The notes under the pieces are model-generated. The model was not told the DNA's origin, ran no database searches, and was given only the letters and a program-made list of their open reading frames with translations. A stretch of 58,945 nucleotides of DNA. Origin: an uncultured Prolixibacteraceae bacterium (lineage in GTDB: Bacteria; Bacteroidota; Bacteroidia; Bacteroidales; FEN-979). Position numbers and translations under genes: made by a program. The stretch covers positions 1 through 58,945 of the forward strand of contig CAYUZX010000013.1 of assembly GCA_964449285.1 (NCBI GenBank). The letters run 5' to 3'. Below are positions 38,989-49,368 of the stretch, in pieces. Position 1 is the first letter of the stretch, and every line of letters starts with the position of its first letter.

Positions 38989-40581
38989 CTAATTGGATTT
39001 CGGAAGGGTAAATTTAAACTGGCTCCCCTTACCAACAGTACTTGTCGCCCAGATCTTGCCATTATTCAGTTCGATGAACTCCCTGCAAAGGAGCAATCCC
39101 AGACCGGTACCGCGTTCTCCGTCGGTTCCTCCTGTTTTGAAAGATTTGTCGAGCTGGAAAAGCTTCTGAAGATTTTCAGGTTGAATTCCAACACCATTAT
39201 CTGCGATCACCACTTCAATGTGATGATCTGCCGGAACTGCTGATATTCGAACTTCACCTCCATTATTTGTGAACTTGATGGCATTGGATAACAAGTTTCT
39301 GATCACTGTGGTTATCATGTTCTCATCACAAAAGGTTAGAGTCCCGAAATGGATACCGGAAAAGAGTTTGATGTTTTTCTTTTCCGATTGCGGTTTCAGA
39401 GAGGTAAGACTATTATTGACAATGGTACTCAGATCCACACTTTCCGGGTTGGGCTTTGAACGGCCGGTTTGAATTCTAGACCATTCCAGCAGGTTCTCAA
39501 GTAGTTTAAATGTACTTACAGAGGCATCATGGATGTTGCGGATCATCGCCTTTTTCTCAGTTTCGTCGAAGGTGTCAAATTCGGTATGAAGAAGTTCAGA
39601 GAATCCGATTATAGCATTGAATGGGCCCCTAAGATCATGGGCAATGATAGAGAAGAATTTATCTTTTGAAACATTGGATTCCTGTAGGTTGCCTTCAGAA
39701 ATTCTTAACGACTCTTCCGATTGTCGCCTATAGATTGAAAGGGATATCTGGGAACAGACAAACTCCATAATATCAAGATGATGCTTCGTGAATGGTTCGT
39801 CGTTGTTCCAGCACTCAAGAGAGATAATTCCTGTCACCTCAGTCCCGACAAAGAGCGGAGCTCCAGCCCAGAATTTGGGAATGGTCTTTTGAGTATCAAT
39901 AGTGCCAGGCTCCTGGAGCTTCCTGATATCAACATTTGTTAACAGAGCAGGTTTCTTTATTTTAAAAAGCCATCCGGCGAGGGTCCCTTCAATATCAATC
40001 CTGGTTACTGAAATCTTTCCATCTTTTACATGGAACAGGTCATTCTGTTTGGTTCTTGGATTGTGGAGAATGATTTTCAGGCTGGTAGTGTCGAGGATTT
40101 TACTGAGTTCGTTTCGGATATCGAGGATGAGCTTATTCAAGCTGGTAGAGTTGTTGAACGATTGAAAGATGGTGAAACTGATATTTTTAAGATGTTCTTC
40201 CTCCTTTCTTTCAGTGATATCCTTAACAAAAGCCACCAGTAACTCTGTTCCTCCATAATTCAGAAAGTTGATCGTCACCTCTGTGGGGATTACCATCCCG
40301 CGTTGCGTCACCTGAAATGATTCAATGGTGACCACCTCTTGGGCGCGAATTCGTTCCCAGAACTTCCGGATCTTCTCTTTGTTGAAGTTGGGATCGATCG
40401 CATGGGCGTCCATTCGCAGCAACTGCTCTTTTGAATATCCCAGTTTTTGACAGGCCGAATTGTTGGCATATAGAATCTTACCCTCTTTTCCGATCATATA
40501 AATCCCTTCTGCAGCATGATCAACCATGAATTCAATCAGCCGGATTTTGTTTTCGGGCAGTTTGGGTTCGGGAGTTTCCAT
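38989..40581 (-). CDS. Cytoplasmic PAS-GAF sensor histidine kinase
   Basis: PAS (ANNSACQKLGYS...KDITERK), GAF-like segment, IIAHDLRGP H-box, NLLSNAIKF, DNGVG, GTGLGL. Confidence 0.92.
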   Translation of the reverse strand: METPEPKLPENKIRLIEFMVDHAAEGIYMIGKEGKILYANNSACQKLGYSKEQLLRMDAHAIDPNFNKEKIRKFWERIRAQEVVTIESFQVTQRGMVIPTEVTINFLNYGGTELLVAFVKDITERKEEEHLKNISFTIFQSFNNSTSLNKLILDIRNELSKILDTTSLKIILHNPRTKQNDLFHVKDGKISVTRIDIEGTLAGWLFKIKKPALLTNVDIRKLQEPGTIDTQKTIPKFWAGAPLFVGTEVTGIISLECWNNDEPFTKHHLDIMEFVCSQISLSIYRRQSEESLRISEGNLQESNVSKDKFFSIIAHDLRGPFNAIIGFSELLHTEFDTFDETEKKAMIRNIHDASVSTFKLLENLLEWSRIQTGRSKPNPESVDLSTIVNNSLTSLKPQSEKKNIKLFSGIHFGTLTFCDENMITTVIRNLLSNAIKFTNNGGEVRISAVPADHHIEVVIADNGVGIQPENLQKLFQLDKSFKTGGTDGERGTGLGLLLCREFIELNNGKIWATSTVGKGSQFKFTLPKSN

Positions 40582-40590
40582 AAAATGATA

Positions 40591-42132
40591 CTACTTCGCG
40601 AAACTGATGGCTCTTGTCTCCCTGATAACAGTGATTTTAATCTGTCCGGGATAGGTCATCTCATTCTGAATTTTTTTTGAAAGATCAAAAGCCAGTTGAT
40701 CTGCTTCTGCATCTGAAATTTTGTCAGCTCCTACGATGACACGAAGTTCACGACCAGCTTGGATGGCGTAAGTTTTTACAACTCCCTGATAGCTTAGTGC
40801 CATTTCTTCCAGGTGTTTCAGCCGTTCAATGTAAGCATCCACCACTTCACGACGGGCACCCGGCCTTGCTCCAGAGATTGCATCACAAACCTGGATGATA
40901 GGCGAAATCAAATTGTCCATCTCAACCTCGTCGTGGTGCGCACCGATGGCGTTGATGATTTCAGGCTTCTCTTTGAACTTCTCTGCCAGGTTCATCCCGA
41001 GGACAGCATGTGGGAGTTCAGGCTCATTGTCGGGGACCTTCCCAATGTCGTGGAGCAGGCCGGCCCGTTTTGCCATTTTTGGGTTCAACCCAAGTTCAGC
41101 AGCCATAGTAGCACTAAGCTTTGCAACCTCGATGGAGTGTTGCAGAAGGTTTTGTCCATATGATGATCGGTATTTCATGCGGCCGATCATCCGGATCAAC
41201 TCATGATGGAGGTTATGAATCCCCAGGTCGATACAAACCCGTTTCCCATTTTCAATGATCTCCTGTTCAATCTGTTTTCTCGTTTTAGCAACCACCTCTT
41301 CAATCCGTGCAGGGTGGATCCTGCCATCGGTAACTAGTTTATGGAGCGACTGGCGGGCAATTTCCCTGCGAACTGGATCAAATCCCGAGAGGATGATCGC
41401 ATCCGGCGAATCATCGATGATGATCTCAATGCCGGTCAAGGATTCGAGAGCCCTGATATTTCGCCCTTCGCGACCGATGATCCGGCCTTTGATCTCTTCA
41501 TTTTCGATATTGAAGACGGCAACAGTATTCTCAATAGCATGTTCACTCGCAGTGCGTTGGATAGTTTCAATAATGATCTTCTTGGCTTCGCTGTTGGCTG
41601 TCAGACGCGCCTCATCAACAATGTCTTTGACATGCATCAATGCTTCTGATTTTGCCTCCTCCTTGAGGGTCTCAATCAGCTGATCCTTAGCCTCGGATGC
41701 CGATAGATTGGAAATCGACTGGAGCTTTTCAATTTGTTGTGAGATGGTTTTTTCGAGATCTGTCTGTTTTTTGTTGACGATCTCGAGCTGATTCATGAGG
41801 TTCTGCTTGATCGCACTATGCTCTTTTTGTTTTTTGGAGAACTCTTCAATTCGTTGATTCAGTGCGACCTCTTTCTGTTTATACCTATTTTCACTTTTAG
41901 AGAGTTCGTCATTCTTTTCGTTGATATATTTTTCATGCTCCGATTTTAACTGAAGGAACTTCTCTTTGGCCTGAAGTATCTTCTCCTTTTTGATTACTTC
42001 GGCTTTGTCCATGGCCTCTTTGAGGAGGGAATCACGTTTTCTTTCCAGTGCTCTGTTCAGGATTGTCCCCGTGATCAGCCCGCCAACGATGATGCCAGCC
42101 ACTCCCACTATAACGAATATCATTATTTCCAT
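40591..42132 (-). CDS. rny: Ribonuclease Y
   Basis: N-terminal TM helix, coiled coil, KH domain ([13 protein letters not shown]), HD domain (GLLHDIGK), [12 protein letters not shown]. Confidence 0.96.
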   Translation of the reverse strand: MEIMIFVIVGVAGIIVGGLITGTILNRALERKRDSLLKEAMDKAEVIKKEKILQAKEKFLQLKSEHEKYINEKNDELSKSENRYKQKEVALNQRIEEFSKKQKEHSAIKQNLMNQLEIVNKKQTDLEKTISQQIEKLQSISNLSASEAKDQLIETLKEEAKSEALMHVKDIVDEARLTANSEAKKIIIETIQRTASEHAIENTVAVFNIENEEIKGRIIGREGRNIRALESLTGIEIIIDDSPDAIILSGFDPVRREIARQSLHKLVTDGRIHPARIEEVVAKTRKQIEQEIIENGKRVCIDLGIHNLHHELIRMIGRMKYRSSYGQNLLQHSIEVAKLSATMAAELGLNPKMAKRAGLLHDIGKVPDNEPELPHAVLGMNLAEKFKEKPEIINAIGAHHDEVEMDNLISPIIQVCDAISGARPGARREVVDAYIERLKHLEEMALSYQGVVKTYAIQAGRELRVIVGADKISDAEADQLAFDLSKKIQNEMTYPGQIKITVIRETRAISFAK

Positions 42133-42182
42133 AGCTGTTCAAGTTTTATTGATTTATGACTGTTGAGGGAAGTTGAAAAAAA

Positions 42183-42413
42183 ACCCGCACTATCCCATGA
42201 GGTATTGATAAACCTCGAATCGACACGAATAGGGCTGCCAGTTATTTCGAACTTCCACCGTCCCGGCGTACCGGAATCCTCTCTGTAAGGGAAAATCCCG
42301 GCGAGCCGGAATCTTCCCTTAGCAGAGAGTAAAAGAGGCCTGTCCTACGTGACTATGAGCGTTGCCCTAATGTTTGTAATGTTAGGTTTACAAACTGCTG
42401 GAATAATGCGGGT
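42183..42413 (-). ncRNA. ssrS: Probable 6S RNA (6S-Flavo-like), long form
   Basis: Lies between zapA and rny; ends pair (ACCCGCA/TGCGGGT), with inner pairs AAACCT/AGGTTT and TAGGGC/GCCCTA; T-run follows on the minus strand. Confidence 0.75.
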
Positions 42414-42443
42414 AAATCGTCGGTTTTCAAAGAACGAAAAGGC

Positions 42444-42740
42444 TTATCCTGTCAGGTATTCTGTTAAAAGTTTGTCGATCTTAGCTAGCTTCTCTTCCTG
42501 GTCCTGGCCCTGCGTATGCTCTGAGAGCATATGTTCGTCCTGCAAATAGTTGGTCGCATATTCAAGAGCCACCATGGCTAGTAAATCCTGTTTGTCTTTG
42601 TATGCATAACTGCCTGAATAATCTTTCATCCGTCGTTCTATCAATTCTGCTGCCTGTTTGAACAACACTTCGTGTTTATTCGCGATTACCAGTTTATACG
42701 ATCTGTCAGCAATCTTTACTGAAATAGTCAACTCGCTCAT
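42444..42740 (-). CDS. zapA: Cell division protein ZapA
   Basis: ISVKIADRSYKL, YAYKDKQDLLAMVAL. Confidence 0.9.
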   Translation of the reverse strand: MSELTISVKIADRSYKLVIANKHEVLFKQAAELIERRMKDYSGSYAYKDKQDLLAMVALEYATNYLQDEHMLSEHTQGQDQEEKLAKIDKLLTEYLTG

Positions 42741-42759
42741 CAGCTATACACCACTATAT

Positions 42760-43047
42760 TCACCTGTTCAAGAGTCCTATACATTTATCGATTTCCCGCA
42801 AAAGTTCATTGATTACAACTTTCGCTTCAACTGTCCCTTCTTTAATTTCAACGTTTTTTGTTGTTTTTAATAGGTTTATCTTTTGCTCTAATTCTTCGAT
42901 GGTTTGGTTTTGTCTCTGGTTTATCTGGTTTTGTTTATGAATCCCTTGCCTGAATTTCTCATTCTCCTTTTGCAGTATCAGCAACTGCTCAATCAGCTTA
43001 TGAACTTTGTAATCTATGCCTGAAACAAGCGTTTCAACATCTGCCAT
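42760..43047 (-). CDS. Coiled-coil protein upstream of zapA (ZapB-like)
   Basis: Coiled coil ending INELLREIDKCIGLLN; start at MADVE. Confidence 0.75.
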   Translation of the reverse strand: MADVETLVSGIDYKVHKLIEQLLILQKENEKFRQGIHKQNQINQRQNQTIEELEQKINLLKTTKNVEIKEGTVEAKVVINELLREIDKCIGLLNR

Positions 43048-43190
43048 GGCTGAAATTCCCCCACGTTGGTATTGCAAATATACTTGTTTGATTGACTGAA
43101 TGCAAATTCATTTTTTCGATTTTTTTTCTGATGAGATATAACCTTTTGAGGTGAAACCCGATTAAGGGGTATAAATCCAGGTTTAATCCA

Positions 43191-44459
43191 ATGATAACCG
43201 AAGAATTTTTACACTATTTGTGGCGATTCAGGCTACTCCAGGCACCTCTTTATTGTGTTTCAGGAGAGCCTGTGATGGTCGTTCATCCGGGAGAATACAA
43301 CCGTAACAGTGGCCCTGATTTTATCAATGCGCGGATTCAGATTGGAGGAACATTGTGGGCGGGAAATGTAGAGATTCATCTGCGTGCGGCCGACTGGTTT
43401 CGTCATGGACATCAGGCAGATCCTGCATATCACAATGTGATACTTCACGTGGTTGACACCTTCGACAGGGAGGTTATTGGTGCAGGTAATCAGCCAATTC
43501 CTTGCCTGGAGGTCAGTGCAAACTATCCGGCTACCCTCATAGCGACTTATAAGGATATCCTGTCGGCAAAGCAATGGATTCCCTGTCAGAACATGTTGGA
43601 AGAGGTTGACCCCTCTATATTCAGGTTATGGGCTCCTGCGCTGGCTATTGAAAGGATTACCATCAGGATTAAATCACTCAGAACATGGCTGAATCATTCG
43701 AAAAACCGGTGGGATGAACTGGCGTATCAGGTACTTGCAAGCGCTATGGGAAATATGATCAATGCCCAACCCTTTGAGCTCCTTGCAAGATCAACTCCTC
43801 TCAGTATCCTAATGCGCCATCGGGACCAGGTTCCCATCCTCGAGGCTCTTTTGTTTGGACAGGCGGGTTTGCTGGACCTATCGTACAAGGAGAGTTACCC
43901 TGTTGAACTTCTCCGGACGTACCTTTTTTACAAGGATAAATATTCCCTGAAACCGCTAGAAAGGGGAACGTGGAAATTCCTCAGGTTAAGGCCTGTCAGT
44001 TTCCCAACCATCCGAATCAGTCAACTCGCTGATATCATTCATCAGCGCGAGGGTTTTCAGGAGAGTCTACAGGAGGATGTACAGGTAGCTGGCTGGATTG
44101 AAATACTCAAGGCAACAGCTAGCGCCTACTGGGATTCTCATTACACCTTCGAACGGGAGTCAGCTTGTCAAGTCAAAAGGCTCGGGACGAATACCATTCA
44201 TCTGCTTCTCATCAATGGTATCGCACCACTGCTTTTTTTATATGGGACGGAGAAAAACCTGACTCATTATTCGGAAAGGACAATCTCCCTGCTTGAAGAG
44301 ATCCCCGGAGAAAAAAACGCCCAAACCACTACCTGGTCCAAACTCGGTATGCCAACCGATAATGCCATCTATACGCAGGCGCTTAAACAGCTTAAGCGTG
44401 CTTATTGTGACGAAAAACGATGCCTGGAATGCAGAATTGGAGCGAGGCTGCTGAGATGA
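43191..44459 (+). CDS. DUF2851 family protein
   Basis: EEFLHYLW, GPDFINA, WAGNVEIH, HGHQADPAYHNVILHVV, LRPVSFPTIR, C-terminal CxxxxCxxCxIG. Confidence 0.88.
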   Translation: MITEEFLHYLWRFRLLQAPLYCVSGEPVMVVHPGEYNRNSGPDFINARIQIGGTLWAGNVEIHLRAADWFRHGHQADPAYHNVILHVVDTFDREVIGAGNQPIPCLEVSANYPATLIATYKDILSAKQWIPCQNMLEEVDPSIFRLWAPALAIERITIRIKSLRTWLNHSKNRWDELAYQVLASAMGNMINAQPFELLARSTPLSILMRHRDQVPILEALLFGQAGLLDLSYKESYPVELLRTYLFYKDKYSLKPLERGTWKFLRLRPVSFPTIRISQLADIIHQREGFQESLQEDVQVAGWIEILKATASAYWDSHYTFERESACQVKRLGTNTIHLLLINGIAPLLFLYGTEKNLTHYSERTISLLEEIPGEKNAQTTTWSKLGMPTDNAIYTQALKQLKRAYCDEKRCLECRIGARLLR

Positions 44460-45118
44460 TGAAACCAACACAGATCATAAAACATTACCTCTCCTTCAGC
44501 AGAGGAGAACAGAGGGGGATCATTATCCTTGTGCTCATTGTTCTATTGATCAATGTCTTCAGGATATATATCCCGAATGTAAGGCGGTTAAAGCCGGTTG
44601 ATTTCTCAGCATTTAGAATTGAATTAGAGAGATTCCAGGGGCAGCCATCTTCACAGTTTACCGATCCCGCCAAACGTTCCGATTCAACAGAATCGAACAA
44701 GAGTTGTCAGAATATCTCATTCATCATTGAGTTGAATCGTGCTGATACACTGGACCTTCAACGACTCAGGGGGATTGGGCCCTCTTTCGCACGCAGGATC
44801 ACCGGTTACAGGAAGAGACTCGGAGGATTTATATCTACCGACCAGCTTATGGAGGTATATGGGATGGATTCGGCCCGGTATCTGGGGATCAGGAAGTACC
44901 TGAGGGTTGATGCTTCAATCATCCAACCGATGAACCTAAATACCATATCTTTCAAAAAATTAATTGCTCACCCTTACATGACTTATGAACTGGCAAAGGA
45001 AATTGCGCTTTATAGGAAGAGGCATAAAGGAATCGGGAATCTGGAAGAGTTGAATGGGTTGAAAAACTACGATAGTGTCACTTTCAGCAGATTGAGGTCT
45101 TACATAAGCGTCAAATGA
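44456..45118 (+). CDS. ComEA-like helix-hairpin-helix protein
   Basis: N-terminal TM helix; ELNRADTLDLQRLRGIGPSFARRI, LGGF, second HhH LNTISFKKL. Confidence 0.85.
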   Translation: MMKPTQIIKHYLSFSRGEQRGIIILVLIVLLINVFRIYIPNVRRLKPVDFSAFRIELERFQGQPSSQFTDPAKRSDSTESNKSCQNISFIIELNRADTLDLQRLRGIGPSFARRITGYRKRLGGFISTDQLMEVYGMDSARYLGIRKYLRVDASIIQPMNLNTISFKKLIAHPYMTYELAKEIALYRKRHKGIGNLEELNGLKNYDSVTFSRLRSYISVK

Positions 45119-45212
45119 CCAAGAAACAAATTCCAAATAACAAATAAATTACAATGAATGAAACTTAATGACCAAATCACAAACATCAAATTTCAAATAA
45201 ATATCAATGACA
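45114..45212 (+). repeat. Degenerate heptamer array (AATGACC/AAATTCC/AAATAAC-like), left arm
   Basis: aatgacc aagaaac aaattcc aaataac aaat aaattac ... aatgacc aaatcac aaacatc aaatttc aaat aaatatc aatgaca. Confidence 0.8.
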
Positions 45213-45575
45213 GAAAACTCAAATACCAAACGTGTCTTTGACTTGGAAGAGAGAACTTTAAAGTTTGCTTTGCGAGTAAGACTTTTCATTAAGAAATTAC
45301 CTGGTACAACAGCTAATATTGAAGATGGTAAGCAGTTAATCAGAGCATCGGGTTCTGTTGGTGCGAATTCTATTGAGGCAAATGAATCTCTTAGTAAAAA
45401 GGACTTCCTCTATAGAATAAAAGTTTGTCTCAAGGAGTCAAAGGAGAGTGCTTATTTTCTGAGACTGATAAAAGAGACTAATTCAGACCAATTTGAAAAG
45501 GAAGCGGCGGAGCTGCTAAATGAAGCAAACGATCTAAAGAAGATATTCTCTTCTATTGTAAAAAAATCGCAATAG
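45207..45575 (+). CDS. Four-helix bundle protein (23S rRNA IVS protein / Avd-like, TIGR02436-like)
   Basis: DLEERTLKFA, KQLIRASGSVGANSIEANESLSKKDF, KESKESAYFLRL, EANDLKKIFSSI. Confidence 0.9.
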   Translation: MTENSNTKRVFDLEERTLKFALRVRLFIKKLPGTTANIEDGKQLIRASGSVGANSIEANESLSKKDFLYRIKVCLKESKESAYFLRLIKETNSDQFEKEAAELLNEANDLKKIFSSIVKKSQ

Positions 45576-45586
45576 CCTATTTGATT

Positions 45587-45628
45587 ATTGGAATTTATTT
45601 GTTATTTGGTAATTGGTCATTGGAATTT
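45587..45628 (-). repeat. Inverted heptamer array, right arm
   Basis: Reverse complement aaattcc aatgacc aattacc aaataac aaat aaattcc aat; 45592-45609 is the exact reverse complement of 45133-45150. Confidence 0.85.
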
Positions 45629-46326
45629 CTATAATGGTAACTTATTTCAGGCGGTATTGGTGGTTTGGGAGCCTTGGGATCATCCGGATGATAACCGGAG
45701 TATGGGTCTTCATTGTCGTCGTCATCCTCATCTTCCCAGTCATAGCGGGGCCGCTGGGGGCCGACTTTGCGGAAATAAATTGCGAGGATTGTTCCGGCAA
45801 GCAAACCCATCAGGTGTCCTTCCCAGGAGATTCGCTCCTTTGGAAAGAATTGTGGGAAGACTCCCCAGATAAGTCCACCATAAAGAAAGGCGACCAGGAG
45901 AGTAATAGCCATGAGTTTGATCTCCCTTCGGATGATACCGCTGGTGAACAAAAAAGCCGCCAGTCCATATACTACTCCGCTGGCGCCGATATGTAACGAT
46001 CCCTGAGCGCCGAGGAACCAGACCCACAGACCGGATATGACATAGATCAAAATCAGTACTTTCCATGCAATTTCCCTGTAGGAATAGAAGAGAAATGCTG
46101 CCAGAAGGAATAGTGGGATCGAGTTGGCAAACAGGTGGTTCCACCCTGCGTGAATAAATGGCATGGTGAAAATTCCGTAGATCCCTTTCCATTGCATGGG
46201 GTATAACCCATATTCGGCAAAAGAGATGTCCAGAATAACCTCCAATGCCTTCACAAACCAGATTATCAGGACGAAGATCGTTGGGAAAAAAAGGCTTCGT
46301 ATCAGTTTATTTCGTTCTGGGTCCAT
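45595..46326 (-). CDS. Rhomboid family intramembrane serine protease
   Basis: PFIHAGWNHLFAN, HIGASGVVYG, SWEGHLMG. Confidence 0.92.
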   Translation of the reverse strand: MDPERNKLIRSLFFPTIFVLIIWFVKALEVILDISFAEYGLYPMQWKGIYGIFTMPFIHAGWNHLFANSIPLFLLAAFLFYSYREIAWKVLILIYVISGLWVWFLGAQGSLHIGASGVVYGLAAFLFTSGIIRREIKLMAITLLVAFLYGGLIWGVFPQFFPKERISWEGHLMGLLAGTILAIYFRKVGPQRPRYDWEDEDDDDNEDPYSGYHPDDPKAPKPPIPPEISYHYRNSNDQLPNNK

Positions 46327-46451
46327 GCTTGCAATATTTCCCGGTTTTGGCAGTTAAAAGTAGTGAAAAAGGTGGAACCCGGAGGGGTTTCTTAAAAAAT
46401 CCTACCTTTGGGCACCGTAATAATGCAGTGTCAAAATTAATAATATATACC

Positions 46452-48059
46452 ATGAAAACCACGTCGGACCTGCCATATAGAATAACCATTCAACTATTCC
46501 TACTGTTATTGTTTCCACTGTTTCTCACAGCTCAGAATTCAACCCCCAATGAAGGCCTTAGAAAGTTACAGGTTGCTTTGCAGATCATCGATTTTGCCTA
46601 TGTAGATTCTGTGCATGAGGATAAACTGGTTGAGACTGCAATCGTGGAGATGCTCAAAGATCTTGATCCCCATTCGATCTACATTCCAAAAGAGGAACTG
46701 CAGCGGGCCAACGAACCATTGCAAGGTAATTTTGAAGGAATCGGGGTTCAGTTTGAGATACTCAAGGATACAATTGTCGTCGTACATCCACTTACGGGAG
46801 GTCCTTCCGAAAAACTCGGAATCAGCTCAGGAGATAAGATCGTTAAAATTGACGGAGAGGATGTAGTTGGGAAACATGTGAATAATCAGTTCGTTCTTGA
46901 TCATCTTCGCGGGAAAAAAGGAACAAAAGTCAACGTGTCAATCTACCGTAAAGGGAGAAAAGGCTTGCTCGAGTACGTCATTATACGAGACAAGATACCC
47001 ATAAACAGTATTGATGCAGTGTATATGATCGCCCCCGAAATTGGGTACATCAACCTTAACCGGTTCTCTCTTACCACAACCCAGGAGTTCCAGGATGCTG
47101 TTAAACTTCTGAAGGGTGAAGGGATGAAGAGACTGATCCTGGACCTGAGAAACAATGCCGGAGGGTATATGGCACCTGCGATTGAACTCTCCGACGAATT
47201 CCTCGGATTGGGGAAAATCATTGTTTATACTGAAGGGATGAGGAGCCAGAGAGAGAATTTCTACTCTACCTTCAGGGGTAATTTTGAAAATGGGAAGCTG
47301 GTGATTATGATCAATGAAAACAGTGCATCCTCCAGTGAGATTGTTGCCGGTGCCATTCAGGACTGGGACCGTGGGTTGATTGTGGGTCGGCGTTCGTTCG
47401 GCAAGGGTTTGGTTCAGCGGCCTTTCAACCTGCCCGACACGTCCCAGATCAGGTTAACCACAGCCAGATATCATACACCTTCAGGCCGTTATATTCAGAA
47501 ACCATATAAGAATGGAGTTGAAGAGTATTACAAGGATTTTGCCAGGCGCTATAGCAGGGGAGAACTGGTTCATGCTGACAGTATCAAACTTCCGGATTCA
47601 CTTAAATACCAAACTGCAAATGGCCGGACTGTCTATGGTGGCGGCGGAATCATGCCCGATGTCTTTATTCCCTGGGATTCTACTTTCCTGACTGATTATT
47701 ATATTGATGTGCGGCGGAATAATATCGTCAACCCACTTGTGAGCGAATATGTTGACAAAAACCGGCAGGAACTACTGAAAGAATTTCCGGATTTCGCATC
47801 CTATAAAACCAATTTTGAAATTGGGGAGCCATTGATGGAACTCTTCTTTAATGCTACTGAAGAAGCTGATATGGAGAAGAATGAAGAACAATTCACGACT
47901 TCTGAGCCCTTGATCAAAGCACAGATCAAAGGGTTGATTGCCCAAAAACTTTACAACATCACTTCCTTCTATATCATTGCCAATGAGATGGATCCCGAAG
48001 TGATACGGGCAGTGGAGATCATTCAGGATAATAGCCTTTTCGAGGGATTATCGAATTGA
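46452..48059 (+). CDS. S41 family carboxy-terminal processing protease
   Basis: LDPHS, PDZ domain (GIGVQF, GDKIVKID), LDLRNNAGG, SASSSEIVAGAIQD, SFGKGLVQ; start at MKTTS after TACCTTTG. Confidence 0.93.
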   Translation: MKTTSDLPYRITIQLFLLLLFPLFLTAQNSTPNEGLRKLQVALQIIDFAYVDSVHEDKLVETAIVEMLKDLDPHSIYIPKEELQRANEPLQGNFEGIGVQFEILKDTIVVVHPLTGGPSEKLGISSGDKIVKIDGEDVVGKHVNNQFVLDHLRGKKGTKVNVSIYRKGRKGLLEYVIIRDKIPINSIDAVYMIAPEIGYINLNRFSLTTTQEFQDAVKLLKGEGMKRLILDLRNNAGGYMAPAIELSDEFLGLGKIIVYTEGMRSQRENFYSTFRGNFENGKLVIMINENSASSSEIVAGAIQDWDRGLIVGRRSFGKGLVQRPFNLPDTSQIRLTTARYHTPSGRYIQKPYKNGVEEYYKDFARRYSRGELVHADSIKLPDSLKYQTANGRTVYGGGGIMPDVFIPWDSTFLTDYYIDVRRNNIVNPLVSEYVDKNRQELLKEFPDFASYKTNFEIGEPLMELFFNATEEADMEKNEEQFTTSEPLIKAQIKGLIAQKLYNITSFYIIANEMDPEVIRAVEIIQDNSLFEGLSN

Positions 48060-49348
48060 TGCAATTCCCACACATCCATGTAGCTCTGCCAGTGATGGAT
48101 GAACCCGAATGGCTTCCGGTCATTCTCAGTTTGATTGAACAACAAACCTACAGGCATTTCTCTGTTGTGGTCTGTGTCAATCAGCCGGAGGCGTGGTGGG
48201 TCGACCCCTCACGGTTATCAGCTTGTAAAAATAATACCCAAAGCCTCTCCCTTCTTGAGAATGTCTCAGGTTTTCCGGTGGAGGTGATTGACAGGAGCTC
48301 AAGGGGTGCAGGCTGGATCGGGAAGAGACATGGTGTAGGTTGGGCCAGGAAAACCGTAATGGATCAAATTTCCCGTAAAGCCGAGCCAGACGATATTATC
48401 CTTAGCCTGGATGCCGACACGCTCTTTTCCGAATGCTATTTCGAATCTGTGGCTGAAGCCATGTCGACACATCCTCATGCGACTGCGTTATCGATTCCAT
48501 ATTATCATCATTTGCCTGATGATCAGGATGCTGCGCGCGCAATCCTGAGATATGAGATCTATATGCGATACTATCTCTTAAACCTGTGGAGAATCAAGAG
48601 TCCATATGCATTCACTGCACTTGGATCGGCAATGGCCTTTCCTGTATGGGCTTACCGCAAGGTTCGGGGGATGACGCCGAAACTCAGCGGGGAGGATTTC
48701 TATTTTCTGCAGAAGCTCCGAAAAGCAGGAAAGCTGATCAACTGGAACCGGGAGAAAGTCTTTCCTGCAGCCAGATTCTCGTCGCGTGTTTTTTTTGGAA
48801 CCGGCCCGGCCATGATCCGTGGTTCCGGTGGTGACTGGGGAAGTTACCCGGTCTATTCCTACAGGTTGTTTGATGAGATCGGAGAGAGTTATAGCTTTTT
48901 CAAGGAGATGTACATACGGACCCTTGAAACCCCTGTTACCAGGATCCTTCAGGAGCAAACAGGGGAAGAAGACCCCTTCGCGACGCTACGTAGAAATTCC
49001 AGAGAGATGCATCAATTTATCAGGGCTTGTCATGAAAAATTCGATGGGTTACGGATCTTGCAATATTTGAAAAAGAGGCATCAGGAGGAGGGAGGCCAGG
49101 ATGAGGAGAATCTGGTTGATTGGCTGAAAACTTTCTATCCGGAAGAGTTGATTTCCTTGATGTTGGATTCTGGAAATACGGAACCCGAAACCCGAACCGG
49201 AGCGAACCGGAGCTCGGCGAAGCCAAACGCGAATGGCGGTCAAAAGAAGTTCTCTTTTACTGATAGCAGCCTGGAGGAGATCGACCAGGTAAGAAATTTC
49301 CTCGTAGTTGAAGAGGATCGGGTCAGAAAGGAGAATCCGCTGTTTTGA
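48059..49348 (+). CDS. GT-A fold glycosyltransferase (GT2-like)
   Basis: ALPVMDE, GVGWARK, SLDADT, GEDFYFLQKL, FGTG. Confidence 0.75.
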   Translation: MQFPHIHVALPVMDEPEWLPVILSLIEQQTYRHFSVVVCVNQPEAWWVDPSRLSACKNNTQSLSLLENVSGFPVEVIDRSSRGAGWIGKRHGVGWARKTVMDQISRKAEPDDIILSLDADTLFSECYFESVAEAMSTHPHATALSIPYYHHLPDDQDAARAILRYEIYMRYYLLNLWRIKSPYAFTALGSAMAFPVWAYRKVRGMTPKLSGEDFYFLQKLRKAGKLINWNREKVFPAARFSSRVFFGTGPAMIRGSGGDWGSYPVYSYRLFDEIGESYSFFKEMYIRTLETPVTRILQEQTGEEDPFATLRRNSREMHQFIRACHEKFDGLRILQYLKKRHQEEGGQDEENLVDWLKTFYPEELISLMLDSGNTEPETRTGANRSSAKPNANGGQKKFSFTDSSLEEIDQVRNFLVVEEDRVRKENPLF

Positions 49349-49368
49349 AACGGGTTTAAGGATGGTTA

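Noticed and set aside
42349-42549. 66-aa plus-strand ORF
   Set aside because: Antisense to zapA and the probable 6S RNA; no coding features.
45207-45575. Diversity-generating retroelement, given the Avd-like gene
   Set aside because: No reverse transcriptase and no template/variable repeat pair with adenine-specific differences was seen.
46245-46451. Long N-terminal extension of the S41 protease
   Set aside because: It overlaps the divergent rhomboid gene and a TACCTTTG promoter element; the signal peptide follows ATG 46452.
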